Shown here one piece after another: positions 9,830-20,715 of a stretch of DNA of 56,283 nucleotides (position 1 is the first letter of the stretch; the number at the start of each line of letters is the position of its first letter). Under the pieces are notes generated by a model. It worked only from the letters and a program-made list of their open reading frames with translations, ran no database searches and was not told the origin of the DNA. The stretch comes from a virus (taxonomy: Duplodnaviria; Caudoviricetes): positions 1 through 56,283 of IMG/VR virus record IMGVR_UViG_3300038825_000737; one strand, given 5' to 3'. The position numbers and the translations under genes are program-made.

Positions 9830-12800
9830 ATGCAACAAAATTTACAAGTACAAAACGTTCCTGAACAATTTCAAGAAGCCGTAAAAGCAGATATTGAAAA
9901 AAGAAAAGCAGATCCTGTAGATTTAAGGTCTGAGTTTGAAAATATCATAAATAGTACCAACATTCAGGATATACAAAATAAAGGTGTGGACATGATAGGT
10001 AAAACTATCGTGACTCCTAATTTATTAGATAAAGCAAGAAAAGATAATTCTTTAAAAACAAAGCTATTTTTAGACTACAAAAAATCTAAAAAACCATTTG
10101 TACAAGATCCTACAAAACCTGTAGTTGGATTAAGTGGTGTAGATTTTTCTAAGATAGATACATCTTCGTTTGATTCTGAATTAAAAACTACCGATGATTT
10201 TAAGCAACTTATAGATTCTGTAAAAGATAGACAAGCTATTGCAAAAGTATTTGGGCCTAACTCTTTAATACCTTTAAAAGGTAAACAGATGATTGTTGAC
10301 ATGTTTCAGACAGGTAGCATGTATGATGAGTTGTCTAGAGCAGTTAAGTCTATTCCGGGGGATGTGTTAAGATTACCTAACCTACTATACATGATACAAG
10401 CAGGAGGAAGAGCAGCAGTTCATGGTGCTTTAAACAAAGAAGATGGAGCTACAGGTGCTAAATTTGCACAGTTAATGAATAACCCTATGCTTGTAAAATA
10501 TAATGCGGCCCTAAATTCAAACGTTGTAACAAGAGACGCAGCCAGTAGAATACAACAGTGGTACAAAGACACTTATGTAAAACAGTTTGGTGAAGATGCT
10601 TACAAAGCAGATCATCAACAAATGTCATACAAAACAGTGGAAGGCAGGATAACACCTGAATTTGATCAACAAGGTAATATTGTGTATACCACACGTGACT
10701 TAGATATGGGTGTTGCAGCAGATCTGCTAGATTTAAGTTACAACAAATTAACTGGCACAGAAAAATCAGCTTTGTTTTTTAGTTCGATCGCACCTTTAAC
10801 TATGCCGTCTAGGATAATGAGATCATATGGTTCTTTAAAATTATATGAGAAAGTATCTAACGAAAGAGAACAAAACGCTGAAGGCACACGTGGTAAAAGT
10901 GACTATGAAGTTTTAAATGATATAAAAAATCAAAAAGGCAAAACTGCTTGGAAGTATTGGCGAAAAGGTTGGCAAGCAATATCCATATCTGGAGATAAAC
11001 AAAGACTTGTAGAAGCAGACAATATCATGGAACACACTGCTAATATAAGCAGATATGACAACGATATTACATCATATACAGATGAAATAGCTTCTTTAAA
11101 CACAAGAATAAAAAGAGAAAACTTAGCTTTAAAACAAGCTCCTAACGAATTAAAAACTGATATAAAAAATAATATTAATTTGTTAAATGAAGATCTTAAT
11201 AAAACTACTCTTCTTCTAGCAAAAACAAAAGACGCACGAAAATCTTATGTAAGAAAAGCAGGAACAGGAAGATTTGACAATCCATATCTTAGAGCAGTTG
11301 CTGTGGATGATGTTCTTATATCTTCAGCAATGGGTTATGGTAGTGAATTTTATGGGTGGATGAATCAAGAGTATTTTGGTTCAGATCCTGATAGTGAACG
11401 ATACGCTGAAATGATGATAGGTCTATTTGCTCCTTTCGTCACACCAAGTCTTATACCTCTTGCAGCAAAAGGAACTGTTGCCATAGCTAATATAGCATCA
11501 GGTGGTGAAGGCGTAAAAGATATGGCTATGGCTTTACAAAATTCAAAGTGGTTGCCTATGATAAAGCCGGGGGATTTATACAACGGTGACGAAGTACGAT
11601 TTGGAAAGATAATAGAAGAAATAAATATACGAGAAGGTAAGCAACTTACAAAACCAACCAAAGAACAGATGGAATCTTTTCGTATATTCTCAAATATATT
11701 CAGAAATATGCGACCTGAGTTTAGAGAAAAAGCGTATTCATCTATATTAAGATACAACAGATCTATGGACACGTTTGAGTCAGAAATGAAAAGAATATTT
11801 TTGAAAGAAGATGGCACTGTAGATGACCAATTAGTTGCTCAAAACATGTCCTCACTACAGTTGAGTATGGCAGAAGTCACAGGACTAGCACCCTTAATAT
11901 CATATTATAACAGAGTCGGAAATAGCTTTTCATCTAGTGAAGCTGTAAAGAACATAGATGAACTAACAGCTATGGCTCTTGCACAAGAAGATAAGTTGAA
12001 TGGTGTAGGTGTTTTATTGAACACAATAAAAGAAAGTATACGAAAAACAACAGGTAGTGACATAGACGCTAACACAGAATTATCTCAAACGTTTACGTTC
12101 ATGGAAAACATGATTGCTAACAACAAAACTAGATTAAACAAAGAAAAGCAACATATTACGACAGCTATAGAAATGTTTGAAAAAGATATAGGTATATCTG
12201 AAATAAATACAGATACTTTAAATACAGTTGTAAGATTGAAAGGATTTTTAAGAGAAGGTAGAGATTTTGCAAACGAAGCTGAAAGAGGAAACGCTATCGT
12301 AGAAACTTATAACAACATAATGACTTCTGCAAATCAAAAGCTTGAAGAGATAAAAGCAAACGCTGCAGACTTGAATGAAAAAGAAATGAAGTTTCAAATA
12401 CGAAGAGTTGCCGATGTCATGTTTGATATGGAGTATGGTCGTAAAAGAGCCGAAGCAAGTGGATTTTACAAAGACATAGATAAGTTTGCTGCAGATAATA
12501 ATATAAAAATAGATTTTACAGATTTGTTAGAAAAATTTATAAACGCATCAGATGAATTAAGAGACAAACCTCTCACAGAAATATTTGGGAGTGGCACTGA
12601 TTTTATGAACACAGTCGGCATGCCAATGAAAAAAGCTTTTACTAAAATGGCTACAAACGCTTTGATGAAAACATACAGTCCAGATGCTCTCAAAGGCATT
12701 AGACTTACGTTGCAAAAACAAGGCATAAATGTTGGAACAGATTTAGATTTAGCTCTGTACTTAGCTCAACAACAAAGAGACGTAATAAAAGGTGGTGGCA

Positions 12801-14632
12801 TAATAGCACCTGAAAACAAACTTAATTTCTTTGACGGCACAGTTAGTGAAGCAGAAGATATGATGAGATACTTTAGGGATAGAGGTCTGTATTCTGCACG
12901 AGTAAAAAATGCTGACGGTAGACAGATCATATCAGATCACATGAGATTAATTGATGAAGCCGTATTAAAAGCAGGTGGTCAAGAGTTATTAGATAAAGTT
13001 AAACTGGCTAGAAGTAAATACAGTTCCATTATGGGTGAAACCAATGATGCAGGTTTGAGCTATGGCTTTGACGTTATACAAAACAGAACAAGCAGATCAG
13101 GTAGAACTAGAAAAGATAGAGAAAGAATAGACGTAGAGACAGAGGGTAATTATAAGGTTCGTGTAAACAGTAAAAGACCTGAAGCTGTATTTTACAACAT
13201 AGCAAACTTGTCAGAAAAATTTGTAAAAGCAAAAACTGTAACAGAGAAAGCAGATATACTAAACGACATAGCAGATCAGAAAAATAGATTCATGCACTTC
13301 TTGGGTGCTACAATGGTGCGACCTGATGGCAGTGGAAAACCAACATACGCTTTTGATTTAACTAAACCTAGACAAGCAAAAGTAGCCGAGATGGCAGAAA
13401 ACATACTTACCCTAGCCGTAAACAGGACTTTACGTGGTGGTTTAGAAGAAGATGCAAAAACAATAAAACAAATCGTTGATGCAGGAAAAGGTAACAAGTA
13501 TGCTAACTTTGATTCACTAGCTCCTGAAAACTATAATTTTGTTCAAGCTATGAATATAACTGAAATAGAAAACAAACTAACTGTTCCTGTTTTAAAAGGA
13601 TACGAAGCTGACGGAAGACCTATTATAGAAAATAGAAAACTATTGACAGTGACAGATGTCGATGATCTTACTATAGATTTAAAAGACAGACTAAAATCAA
13701 GTCAAAAAATGAGATCAGAATATTTAGATTTAAAAAAAGAAATAGAGGATAAAAGCAGTGCAACTAGAATTGCAGGACAAAAGTTAGTTGATGATCAACA
13801 GGATGTTCTTTCAAAACTAGAACGAACCACATCTTTTGTTAGAGATCCAAAAAGATTTTTTAAAGAACATTTTGAAAACAGAACTGCCGATGACATAGAC
13901 AATTTTGTAGATGACTTAGTGTCTCAAGGTATGAAAAGAAGTGATGCGAACCGTGCCTTAAAATACATGTATATGAGAGGTCTGTTTGAGATATCAGGTG
14001 AAACTAAAACTTTAAATGCTCTTTCAGAATTTGAAAAATCTCCTGTAAGAAGTGAAATAACAGATGTTCAAAAGTTTGTAAACGCTGTCATAGACGGTAA
14101 ACAAAAAGAAGTGGCTACACGTGTATTAGGACACGATACTGGACACGTTAAGTTTCTTGAAGAGATGGCTTCGTGGGTAACACAAGCAGGTGGTAATCCA
14201 AGAGGATTTGCACCACGAGGAGACACAAAGGGTATGACAGTTGACAACATATTCTCTCGTGTGTTTAACTTAGCAAGAGGTATGGTTAGTCCATTGTACG
14301 TTGGAACAGAAATAGCCACACGTTTATTATTAGAAAAGAATCAAACACTTTTATCCATTGCACTAAAAGATAGAGAGTCTGCAAGAGTTTTAGCAGAAAT
14401 ATTAAAAAGACCTGATAGTGTACAAGACACAGATATTAAAACATTAGCTCAGCGAATTAAAATATACGTGGCTGCAGAGATAATACAAAACAAAAATACA
14501 CAAGGAATAGTTCCAACGTTATCTGAATTTATAGGTTCAGACGATGAAACTGTAATAGGGTCTGAAGAAGATCTAGCTAAACAACAACTAGGTATACCTT
14601 CAGAAAGATTTACAAAACAAGAGGTACAGTAA
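9830..14632 (+). CDS. Large internal virion/ejection protein
   Basis: 1600 aa helical protein at the end of the structural arm, where podoviruses place their largest core protein. Confidence 0.6.
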   Translation: MQQNLQVQNVPEQFQEAVKADIEKRKADPVDLRSEFENIINSTNIQDIQNKGVDMIGKTIVTPNLLDKARKDNSLKTKLFLDYKKSKKPFVQDPTKPVVGLSGVDFSKIDTSSFDSELKTTDDFKQLIDSVKDRQAIAKVFGPNSLIPLKGKQMIVDMFQTGSMYDELSRAVKSIPGDVLRLPNLLYMIQAGGRAAVHGALNKEDGATGAKFAQLMNNPMLVKYNAALNSNVVTRDAASRIQQWYKDTYVKQFGEDAYKADHQQMSYKTVEGRITPEFDQQGNIVYTTRDLDMGVAADLLDLSYNKLTGTEKSALFFSSIAPLTMPSRIMRSYGSLKLYEKVSNEREQNAEGTRGKSDYEVLNDIKNQKGKTAWKYWRKGWQAISISGDKQRLVEADNIMEHTANISRYDNDITSYTDEIASLNTRIKRENLALKQAPNELKTDIKNNINLLNEDLNKTTLLLAKTKDARKSYVRKAGTGRFDNPYLRAVAVDDVLISSAMGYGSEFYGWMNQEYFGSDPDSERYAEMMIGLFAPFVTPSLIPLAAKGTVAIANIASGGEGVKDMAMALQNSKWLPMIKPGDLYNGDEVRFGKIIEEINIREGKQLTKPTKEQMESFRIFSNIFRNMRPEFREKAYSSILRYNRSMDTFESEMKRIFLKEDGTVDDQLVAQNMSSLQLSMAEVTGLAPLISYYNRVGNSFSSSEAVKNIDELTAMALAQEDKLNGVGVLLNTIKESIRKTTGSDIDANTELSQTFTFMENMIANNKTRLNKEKQHITTAIEMFEKDIGISEINTDTLNTVVRLKGFLREGRDFANEAERGNAIVETYNNIMTSANQKLEEIKANAADLNEKEMKFQIRRVADVMFDMEYGRKRAEASGFYKDIDKFAADNNIKIDFTDLLEKFINASDELRDKPLTEIFGSGTDFMNTVGMPMKKAFTKMATNALMKTYSPDALKGIRLTLQKQGINVGTDLDLALYLAQQQRDVIKGGGIIAPENKLNFFDGTVSEAEDMMRYFRDRGLYSARVKNADGRQIISDHMRLIDEAVLKAGGQELLDKVKLARSKYSSIMGETNDAGLSYGFDVIQNRTSRSGRTRKDRERIDVETEGNYKVRVNSKRPEAVFYNIANLSEKFVKAKTVTEKADILNDIADQKNRFMHFLGATMVRPDGSGKPTYAFDLTKPRQAKVAEMAENILTLAVNRTLRGGLEEDAKTIKQIVDAGKGNKYANFDSLAPENYNFVQAMNITEIENKLTVPVLKGYEADGRPIIENRKLLTVTDVDDLTIDLKDRLKSSQKMRSEYLDLKKEIEDKSSATRIAGQKLVDDQQDVLSKLERTTSFVRDPKRFFKEHFENRTADDIDNFVDDLVSQGMKRSDANRALKYMYMRGLFEISGETKTLNALSEFEKSPVRSEITDVQKFVNAVIDGKQKEVATRVLGHDTGHVKFLEEMASWVTQAGGNPRGFAPRGDTKGMTVDNIFSRVFNLARGMVSPLYVGTEIATRLLLEKNQTLLSIALKDRESARVLAEILKRPDSVQDTDIKTLAQRIKIYVAAEIIQNKNTQGIVPTLSEFIGSDDETVIGSEEDLAKQQLGIPSERFTKQEVQ

Positions 14633-14970
14633 TGAAACAATATAATAACGGACAACGCCCACAAAAGATGTATGGTGGTGGTATGGCAATGCCACGTAAA
14701 CCAATGATGGTTGGTGGACTTGCTCAAAAAAACAGAACTCAAAGTTCAGCTATGCCTAAAACACAAGACGCAATGGGCATGATGACTCAACAAAAAAAGT
14801 TTGATATGGGTTATAATCTTGGTGGATCGATTAAAAAGTTTGAAAAGAAAAGCAATGGTGGTAAAGCAGGTGGCATACCTAAGACACCAAAACAAAAAAA
14901 GTTTGCGGCCCTAGCAGAACCAAAAGACAGAATAACTTTAGCAGATAGAATAAAAGGTGCTAAAGGCTAA
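14632..14970 (+). CDS. Small basic protein with repeated xxGG motifs
   Basis: MYGGG, MMVGG, YNLGG, SNGG repeats; Lys-rich; GAGG RBS. Confidence 0.6.
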   Translation: MKQYNNGQRPQKMYGGGMAMPRKPMMVGGLAQKNRTQSSAMPKTQDAMGMMTQQKKFDMGYNLGGSIKKFEKKSNGGKAGGIPKTPKQKKFAALAEPKDRITLADRIKGAKG

Positions 14971-15188
14971 ATATAATTCCGTGATCCACTCATTATATCA
15001 TCACCACATTTCCTAAGATAACGAAGCAATGACGCAACCTGACTTGTGCCACTGTACATAGGCAAACCAGTATTCAACTCTCGTTCGAGATCTTCAGGTT
15101 TGACTGCTTCGTAATTCATCTCCACATTCCCCTCTTTATTTAAATACGCTTCTAACACAAATAGCTTTGCTCTAGTTTTTGATTTCAT
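14967..15188 (-). CDS. Hypothetical protein, last gene of the replication arm
   Basis: Overlaps the upstream gene; converges on the structural arm. Confidence 0.6.
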   Translation of the reverse strand: MKSKTRAKLFVLEAYLNKEGNVEMNYEAVKPEDLERELNTGLPMYSGTSQVASLLRYLRKCGDDIMSGSRNYI

Positions 15189-15657
15189 GGCAAGGACTCA
15201 ACTGACTTATCTGTAAATTGTAACAGTCGGCTTTGAATGTATAGCCGTTGTTATAATCAATATCCCCTTTTCTGTATAGGGTGGCTTCTTTGTAAAAGTT
15301 ATGCTTGGAGATGCCACCAAGAATCCAAGCCTTACTCATATCTGTAAGTATGCGAACAAACACATACGCATCACAATCTTGTTTAGTTCCATGCAACGCT
15401 ACAGAACAATCATAGTGGGGTTGTGGTTTAGAGTTGCAACGCTTAGTCTTAACATCTATACGCATCCCATCTTTAACTAGATCATAATCGTATGTATTTA
15501 TTTGCTTTGCATTAATACTATCAGCAACGACTAACTCACCTATCGCACCTACAACGTTGCTAGTGCCACCTGTAATACTTCCCTGCAATATGCCCACAGT
15601 AGAAGCTTTTTCCCTCGCACGGTTCATATAGTCGTTATTGATCGGTATCTCTATCAT
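15172..15657 (-). CDS. Hypothetical protein, possible PD-(D/E)xK nuclease fold
   Basis: GE...YDL...IDVKT pattern. Confidence 0.45.
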   Translation of the reverse strand: MIEIPINNDYMNRAREKASTVGILQGSITGGTSNVVGAIGELVVADSINAKQINTYDYDLVKDGMRIDVKTKRCNSKPQPHYDCSVALHGTKQDCDAYVFVRILTDMSKAWILGGISKHNFYKEATLYRKGDIDYNNGYTFKADCYNLQISQLSPCHEIKN

Positions 15658-17585
15658 CAGCTTGCACTCAAGTCCACGACTTCACAGGCATCTGCAGTGC
15701 ATGCTAACTCACGAGATCCACTTGTATTATCTTCCTTTTCATACATAGAGAACTTAGTCCAGTCGAGTGATGTTGGCACACGCCCATTCCATTCGAGATA
15801 TTCATCTGCATCTATGTCCTGATAAGGAGCTTGTTGATAGGTGTGATCGGAGAACGGTAAGAATGATACCCCTGATGCAATATCAAAGTTATCATACAAC
15901 CATGCACCCACTTCCATCCACTCTTCTTCCTTTACAGAAATAGTAACGGATGGTTTGTGTTCACACCAGTTAAGTGCATAGAGTTTCCATAACTCTAGTT
16001 GCTCTATTGCACTCATCTCTGTTCTAGTGACTGCACCACTAGGAGATTTCATAGGAAACGAAAACACAGTAACACTATCAGGTTTTGTGATATCAGCTTC
16101 AAAAGGTATGCCTTCCTCTTTCATAAATTGTGTGAGTGGATCTTTGTTATCTCCACGCACAGTCCTTATATAAAAAGGATTGTGTCTAGCGTGTATACCT
16201 GACGCTGAATCAGTGAGTTGAGATACTGTGCCACTTGGCTTCACGCATGTGATAGCCGAGCTTCTTGGTATGCCAATAGCATCTGCGTACTCTCTGTTTG
16301 TATCGATTGCAACTTGTTTCATTTCTTGTAACCAAACCTTTGAGTCTGTCATCTTTGACAGTACACCGTGATCCATGATACCAGTTAATGATACACCAAG
16401 CAACCTTTCTTCTTCTGTATTTGTTTTCCAAACTCTACGTAAATATTTTAGGTCTGTAAGAGTAGATTGAAACGTACCTAAGATTGTTGCAACTCTTACC
16501 TTTGATCGTAAACTCAATAAGTCATCGCCCTCACGAACTACAACCTCTGATAGATTACAGAACTGATATGGTCTAAGGATAATCTCACTACATGGATTAG
16601 TACCCCACATGTGACCAGTCTGTCGTCTACCATTCTTTGCAACTTGTTCATCTGCAGCCTTACGGTTGAACATACCACGTTCGCCTGACTTTGACTCATA
16701 CAGAGCTAACCACTCTCTCATGTAAGTTTCCATAGCAGGCTTGCCTTTATAAGCCACAGAGTTGTTTGCTAACGCTCTTTGACCGTTGTTGTTCCACCAC
16801 TCTCCTGCTTTTGCATGAGCCATTTGGTCATCGTTCAAATTAGATAGACTGATTAGTGCAGATCTACGTACTCCACCTACAACAACAACCTCTCCAACTT
16901 TGCACATAATATCGTGACATTCTACTGGAAACAACTTTCTTCCTTTTGCACCCTTGAATTTATCAATAGTGAACTTAAATAAGTTAACAAGAGGATCAGG
17001 TCCTGATGCTCTCCCACCCATAATCTTCAGCTTTGCACCTGCAGGGCGTATCTTAGATACATCCCAAGAAGGTATCATTCCTGAATAAAGTAAAGCCACA
17101 AGCTCACGAAATGCTTTTGCCCACCCTGCTTTACTATCATCCACAACAATCACTACATCAGACTCTTGCATGTTTTCGCTAATGATAGGTAGCTTATCAA
17201 CGTTCTCTCGTTCAACGCTGAACCCTACACCAGTGCCACACATAAGAATGTACATAGCTTCATCGAAAGATCGTGGACTATCCACTGGCAGATAACTACA
17301 GTTGTAACCACAAACGTTATCTCGCTTTAGTGCAGGTCCTGCAGTCATCAATGCTCTCATGGATGGCATGACGCTTAGATTAGTTATATATTCTTCTATG
17401 GCGTGCTTATCGTCTTTTTTCATTTTGTAGTTGTGCTTTTCTAACAAAGCTTCTTCCATAAAATCTACATACCTAGAAACTGTTTCACCCCAGTTCTCTC
17501 TTCTTCCCTCTTCTTCGAGCCAACGAGCATATCTAGATTTGTGTATGAACTCTTGATAGGATGTTGGTAACATGTTAGACGACAT
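15657..17585 (-). CDS. nrdJ: Class II (adenosylcobalamin-dependent) ribonucleotide reductase
   Basis: PSMR, YNCSY, GTGVGFS, GGVRRSA, TNPCSEI and CVKPSGT motifs; C-terminal CxxxxC; no beta-subunit gene. Confidence 0.9.
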   Translation of the reverse strand: MSSNMLPTSYQEFIHKSRYARWLEEEGRRENWGETVSRYVDFMEEALLEKHNYKMKKDDKHAIEEYITNLSVMPSMRALMTAGPALKRDNVCGYNCSYLPVDSPRSFDEAMYILMCGTGVGFSVERENVDKLPIISENMQESDVVIVVDDSKAGWAKAFRELVALLYSGMIPSWDVSKIRPAGAKLKIMGGRASGPDPLVNLFKFTIDKFKGAKGRKLFPVECHDIMCKVGEVVVVGGVRRSALISLSNLNDDQMAHAKAGEWWNNNGQRALANNSVAYKGKPAMETYMREWLALYESKSGERGMFNRKAADEQVAKNGRRQTGHMWGTNPCSEIILRPYQFCNLSEVVVREGDDLLSLRSKVRVATILGTFQSTLTDLKYLRRVWKTNTEEERLLGVSLTGIMDHGVLSKMTDSKVWLQEMKQVAIDTNREYADAIGIPRSSAITCVKPSGTVSQLTDSASGIHARHNPFYIRTVRGDNKDPLTQFMKEEGIPFEADITKPDSVTVFSFPMKSPSGAVTRTEMSAIEQLELWKLYALNWCEHKPSVTISVKEEEWMEVGAWLYDNFDIASGVSFLPFSDHTYQQAPYQDIDADEYLEWNGRVPTSLDWTKFSMYEKEDNTSGSRELACTADACEVVDLSAS

Positions 17586-17850
17586 TCTTTTCCCCTTTTT
17601 TTATTTTGATTAGTTTGTTTAAATACCATCGTGCTTTTTCTAAATCTTCTACGCCATTCTTGTATGGGTATCTACAAAGATACTTCATAATGTTTCCTTG
17701 TAGATAAAATTCAAATCCATCTCCAGTTACAGAAGCTATCATGTCTATAGTTTCTATATTGGTTGCGTTATAATGTGGTGGATGGTCAACCATATTATTC
17801 ATATCTTCTTCTTTCAATCTCTTTAACATATAATCATAGTACCCTATCAA
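17575..17850 (-). CDS. DUF3310-like protein
   Basis: VDHPPHY...IETID...GNIMKYLCRYPYKNGVEDLEKARWYL. Confidence 0.8.
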   Translation of the reverse strand: MIGYYDYMLKRLKEEDMNNMVDHPPHYNATNIETIDMIASVTGDGFEFYLQGNIMKYLCRYPYKNGVEDLEKARWYLNKLIKIKKGEKNVV

Positions 17851-18194
17851 TTTTTGTTACCAAAATCAACTTTAATTACGTTGTCTTTATATTTTATCTT
17901 TTCACCGTTTTCATCTTTTATCTCACCGAATATTCTTCTGCTTGTATAATTAAAGGCAAGCTCTGACATACCAAAGTTAAATACTTCTTCACTTTTACCA
18001 GTAAGTATCCCTACAAGACCCTCATGTATAATTGATCCAACACTGTGATCCGTTTCGTTTTCATACTTGTTGCCAGTTGTATCGTATGCGTGCATTTTGA
18101 ACTTATCATCGCCTACATCAGTGAGTATGATGTAATAATGACCTTTTTTTAAATCCATTTGCTTTACAAATTCTCTTATCTCATCTTCATCCAT
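17847..18194 (-). CDS. Hypothetical protein
   Basis: Likely start MDEDEI overlapping the endonuclease stop; ends NVIKVDF. Confidence 0.6.
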   Translation of the reverse strand: MDEDEIREFVKQMDLKKGHYYIILTDVGDDKFKMHAYDTTGNKYENETDHSVGSIIHEGLVGILTGKSEEVFNFGMSELAFNYTSRRIFGEIKDENGEKIKYKDNVIKVDFGNKN

Positions 18195-18558
18195 TTTTAA
18201 ACCACTCCACAGGTATTGACTTCTCTGCCCATCTGAAATCATGCTTGAGACACCAGTCAGCATAGGTTGTTTTACTGCCTTTGTAAATTTTATTACGTGC
18301 GTTCATAAAAACAAATCGTATATCAAGATCTTTGTGTTGTTGCTTGACCAAAGCCATTTTCACTCTGTCTGCCTTATCTAGGTGACCTTTCGCTTCTATA
18401 TAGATATCACTCTCGACTAGATAGAAATCAGGTGTGTAAGTTCTTGGCTTCGGCACATACAAAAACTTCTTGGACTCATACTCAAACTTGACTTTATTAT
18501 CAGCCAAACCTTTTGCAAGTTGCAACTCGAACCGTGATCTAAATCGTAATCGTTTCAT
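18187..18558 (-). CDS. T7 endonuclease I-like Holliday junction resolvase
   Basis: RSRFE, YTPDF, IEAKG motifs; ATG overlaps the upstream stop. Confidence 0.85.
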   Translation of the reverse strand: MKRLRFRSRFELQLAKGLADNKVKFEYESKKFLYVPKPRTYTPDFYLVESDIYIEAKGHLDKADRVKMALVKQQHKDLDIRFVFMNARNKIYKGSKTTYADWCLKHDFRWAEKSIPVEWFKNG

Positions 18559-18941
18559 AGTGGCATCCTCAATCCTAACGACTGTATCCGTTTGTTCACG
18601 TACCCTGCCAGTTTGGGGGATTGTTTTTCTATTGTAATAAGTTCGTTTGTTAATTGGAATATCGGCAGGCATATCACTTTGCCTTGATTAGTAACGTATC
18701 GTATTGTTTGAAATTCATTTTCTACTTTCATTATATCTCGTTGTTCAGTGAGAGAGGTGAGAGTTCCATTGTCTGAAAAGTTTTCACGAAGAGTAAGGGG
18801 AATACCTCTTTCATGTTGACGTAAAAAAACAATATCTCTCCCACCCCCAGTCTCCACATGGGAGTCTATATAAACGTGGTACAAGTCCTCGTTTAAATCC
18901 ATAAGATCTTTTTGATATTCACGAACGTAAATAATTGACAT
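18555..18941 (-). CDS. Hypothetical protein
   Basis: Translationally coupled on both sides. Confidence 0.6.
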   Translation of the reverse strand: MSIIYVREYQKDLMDLNEDLYHVYIDSHVETGGGRDIVFLRQHERGIPLTLRENFSDNGTLTSLTEQRDIMKVENEFQTIRYVTNQGKVICLPIFQLTNELITIEKQSPKLAGYVNKRIQSLGLRMPL

Positions 18942-19831
18942 TACAATGCTTTCTTCTTCAATTTAGAGTACCAAACTTGTGGTGGCTGTTTAGCCTTTGA
19001 TGTTATTCTCTCATGCAACACTGCATCTTTCCAACAGTGTGCCTTAAAACTACACATAGTACAAGGCTTGGGTAATACTTTATTTCCAGTTCTTACCTCT
19101 TGTCCATCTAACTTATATGTTTCAAACACATCCTTAAATGGTACTTTGAACTCTAATGACTCATCGGTCAATACTTTAATTCTTTTCTTAGCATCAGCTA
19201 AATATTCTTTTCTGTCATCTCCTTGCCACTCAGGTGCTTCAACAACAGCAACTTCTCCACTTGATTTGTTTATAACTATCCACCCACCAAACGGCAATCC
19301 AGTTGCTTCTCCATACAGATGACCTTGCATGATGTATCCAAATGGATCATCTTCTTTAATCTTTTCATATCCACCATAACCAGTATATTTAAACTTGTAT
19401 GCCCACTCACTTGCAGACTTTATATCCCAAACTTTCTCTTGTCCAAACTCATCACGTATAATTAAATCCAACGTGCCACTTACATCTGTTCCATCTATTG
19501 TGAGTTTGACTGCTTTCTGTTTAGCCACGATATCAACCCCTGCCTGTTCAAGCACAAGCACAGCAATAGACTCTACTATATCTCCGAATAGAAATCTGAA
19601 TAAAAGGTTGTAGGGTGTTTCTTGTTCGATGCCACGTTTCTCAAGAAGTTGTTGACAGACTGGTCTGCCTAAACCTGACATACGTATCTTATAACTTTTC
19701 TCTTTGTTTAGCTGTACAGTCACAGCATCTTTGCACGAATTGGCAAAGTCCAAAACGGCTTCAGGGGGAAGAGTTACTTCCCCCCTACTAGCACGTTCCA
19801 TATAGTCTTGGATTTTAAACTGGAGTAGCAT
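18941..19831 (-). CDS. Cas4-like PD-(D/E)xK exonuclease
   Basis: GTLD...DIKS and QxxxY motifs; N-terminal Cys plus C-terminal CxxC-x5-C (Fe-S ligands). Confidence 0.8.
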   Translation of the reverse strand: MLLQFKIQDYMERASRGEVTLPPEAVLDFANSCKDAVTVQLNKEKSYKIRMSGLGRPVCQQLLEKRGIEQETPYNLLFRFLFGDIVESIAVLVLEQAGVDIVAKQKAVKLTIDGTDVSGTLDLIIRDEFGQEKVWDIKSASEWAYKFKYTGYGGYEKIKEDDPFGYIMQGHLYGEATGLPFGGWIVINKSSGEVAVVEAPEWQGDDRKEYLADAKKRIKVLTDESLEFKVPFKDVFETYKLDGQEVRTGNKVLPKPCTMCSFKAHCWKDAVLHERITSKAKQPPQVWYSKLKKKAL

Positions 19832-20669
19832 TGAAATCGTTCGCTAAATTATCATCTGCTTCTACGATTTGTAGTTTAGATGAATCTCTGCTCTGTTCTA
19901 GTACAGACTGATTGGCTGCCTTGACAGTATCAGCAAACTTTTTCATTAACTCCTTATCTTCGTTTGAGATATCAGTTTCGCTTTTGAGAGTTGGCACTGG
20001 TGTCCAGTATGTTACCGATCCTCTCTTTTGCTTAGCCGTAGCCATGTTGATCCAACATTTCTGCATGATCTTTTTCTGTTTGGTTAGGCTTTCAATAAAA
20101 TTCTTCATTGGTACGAACCCTGACTTCTTGAAGTAAGCGACTACTGGGTGGTTCTCAATCTTGACTGGTTCTTTGTTGGCTTTTGTAAAATCGCCACTAA
20201 TAACACAGTACAATACCTGATTACACACTGCAGTACGTGATCTTAGTTTGACTGGATCATCGTCACTTAGTTTCTCTTCCTCTTGTGCAGACAGACGACC
20301 ACACTTGTTGCCACCCTCTGTATCAGGAAAGTCGCCTGACATGGTAGGCTTTTGTACAGACTTGCAGGAAAAGTTACCTAGCTCCTGATCAAAAACGCTC
20401 CACTCATAGGTTCGTAATATTGGTCTAATTAAAACTGTTTTGGCGTAGACCATTTCGCCTTCATACATCATTTTCCAATCGCCACGAGTAAGTGTCTGAC
20501 CATCTTCAGTCTCTACATCGTAGTTTATGTTTAGTCTTGATAGACCTTGATTAGACTTTGACGTGGTTGATTGACCAGTCAAGTTCATCAAAGATTCTAT
20601 ATCATCATTACTGAAAGATCCAACAATGTTATCAATTTCAGTATTCATAGTTTGTACGTTTGTGTCCAT
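19815..20669 (-). CDS. Putative single-stranded DNA-binding protein
   Basis: Lies between polymerase and exonuclease; acidic tail with late Phe; strong RBS. Confidence 0.5.
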   Translation of the reverse strand: MDTNVQTMNTEIDNIVGSFSNDDIESLMNLTGQSTTSKSNQGLSRLNINYDVETEDGQTLTRGDWKMMYEGEMVYAKTVLIRPILRTYEWSVFDQELGNFSCKSVQKPTMSGDFPDTEGGNKCGRLSAQEEEKLSDDDPVKLRSRTAVCNQVLYCVISGDFTKANKEPVKIENHPVVAYFKKSGFVPMKNFIESLTKQKKIMQKCWINMATAKQKRGSVTYWTPVPTLKSETDISNEDKELMKKFADTVKAANQSVLEQSRDSSKLQIVEADDNLANDFNATPV

Positions 20670-20715
20670 AAAATTTATCCTTTTCTATTTAAATTAAGGT
20701 TAACGTAATCAGAGG

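Noticed and set aside
9830-14632. Virion RNA polymerase
   Set aside because: No polymerase catalytic motifs recognised, and it is much shorter than N4-type virion RNAPs
18941-19831. Cas4 as part of a CRISPR system
   Set aside because: No array or other cas genes seen; stand-alone Cas4-like exonucleases are normal in phage replication modules
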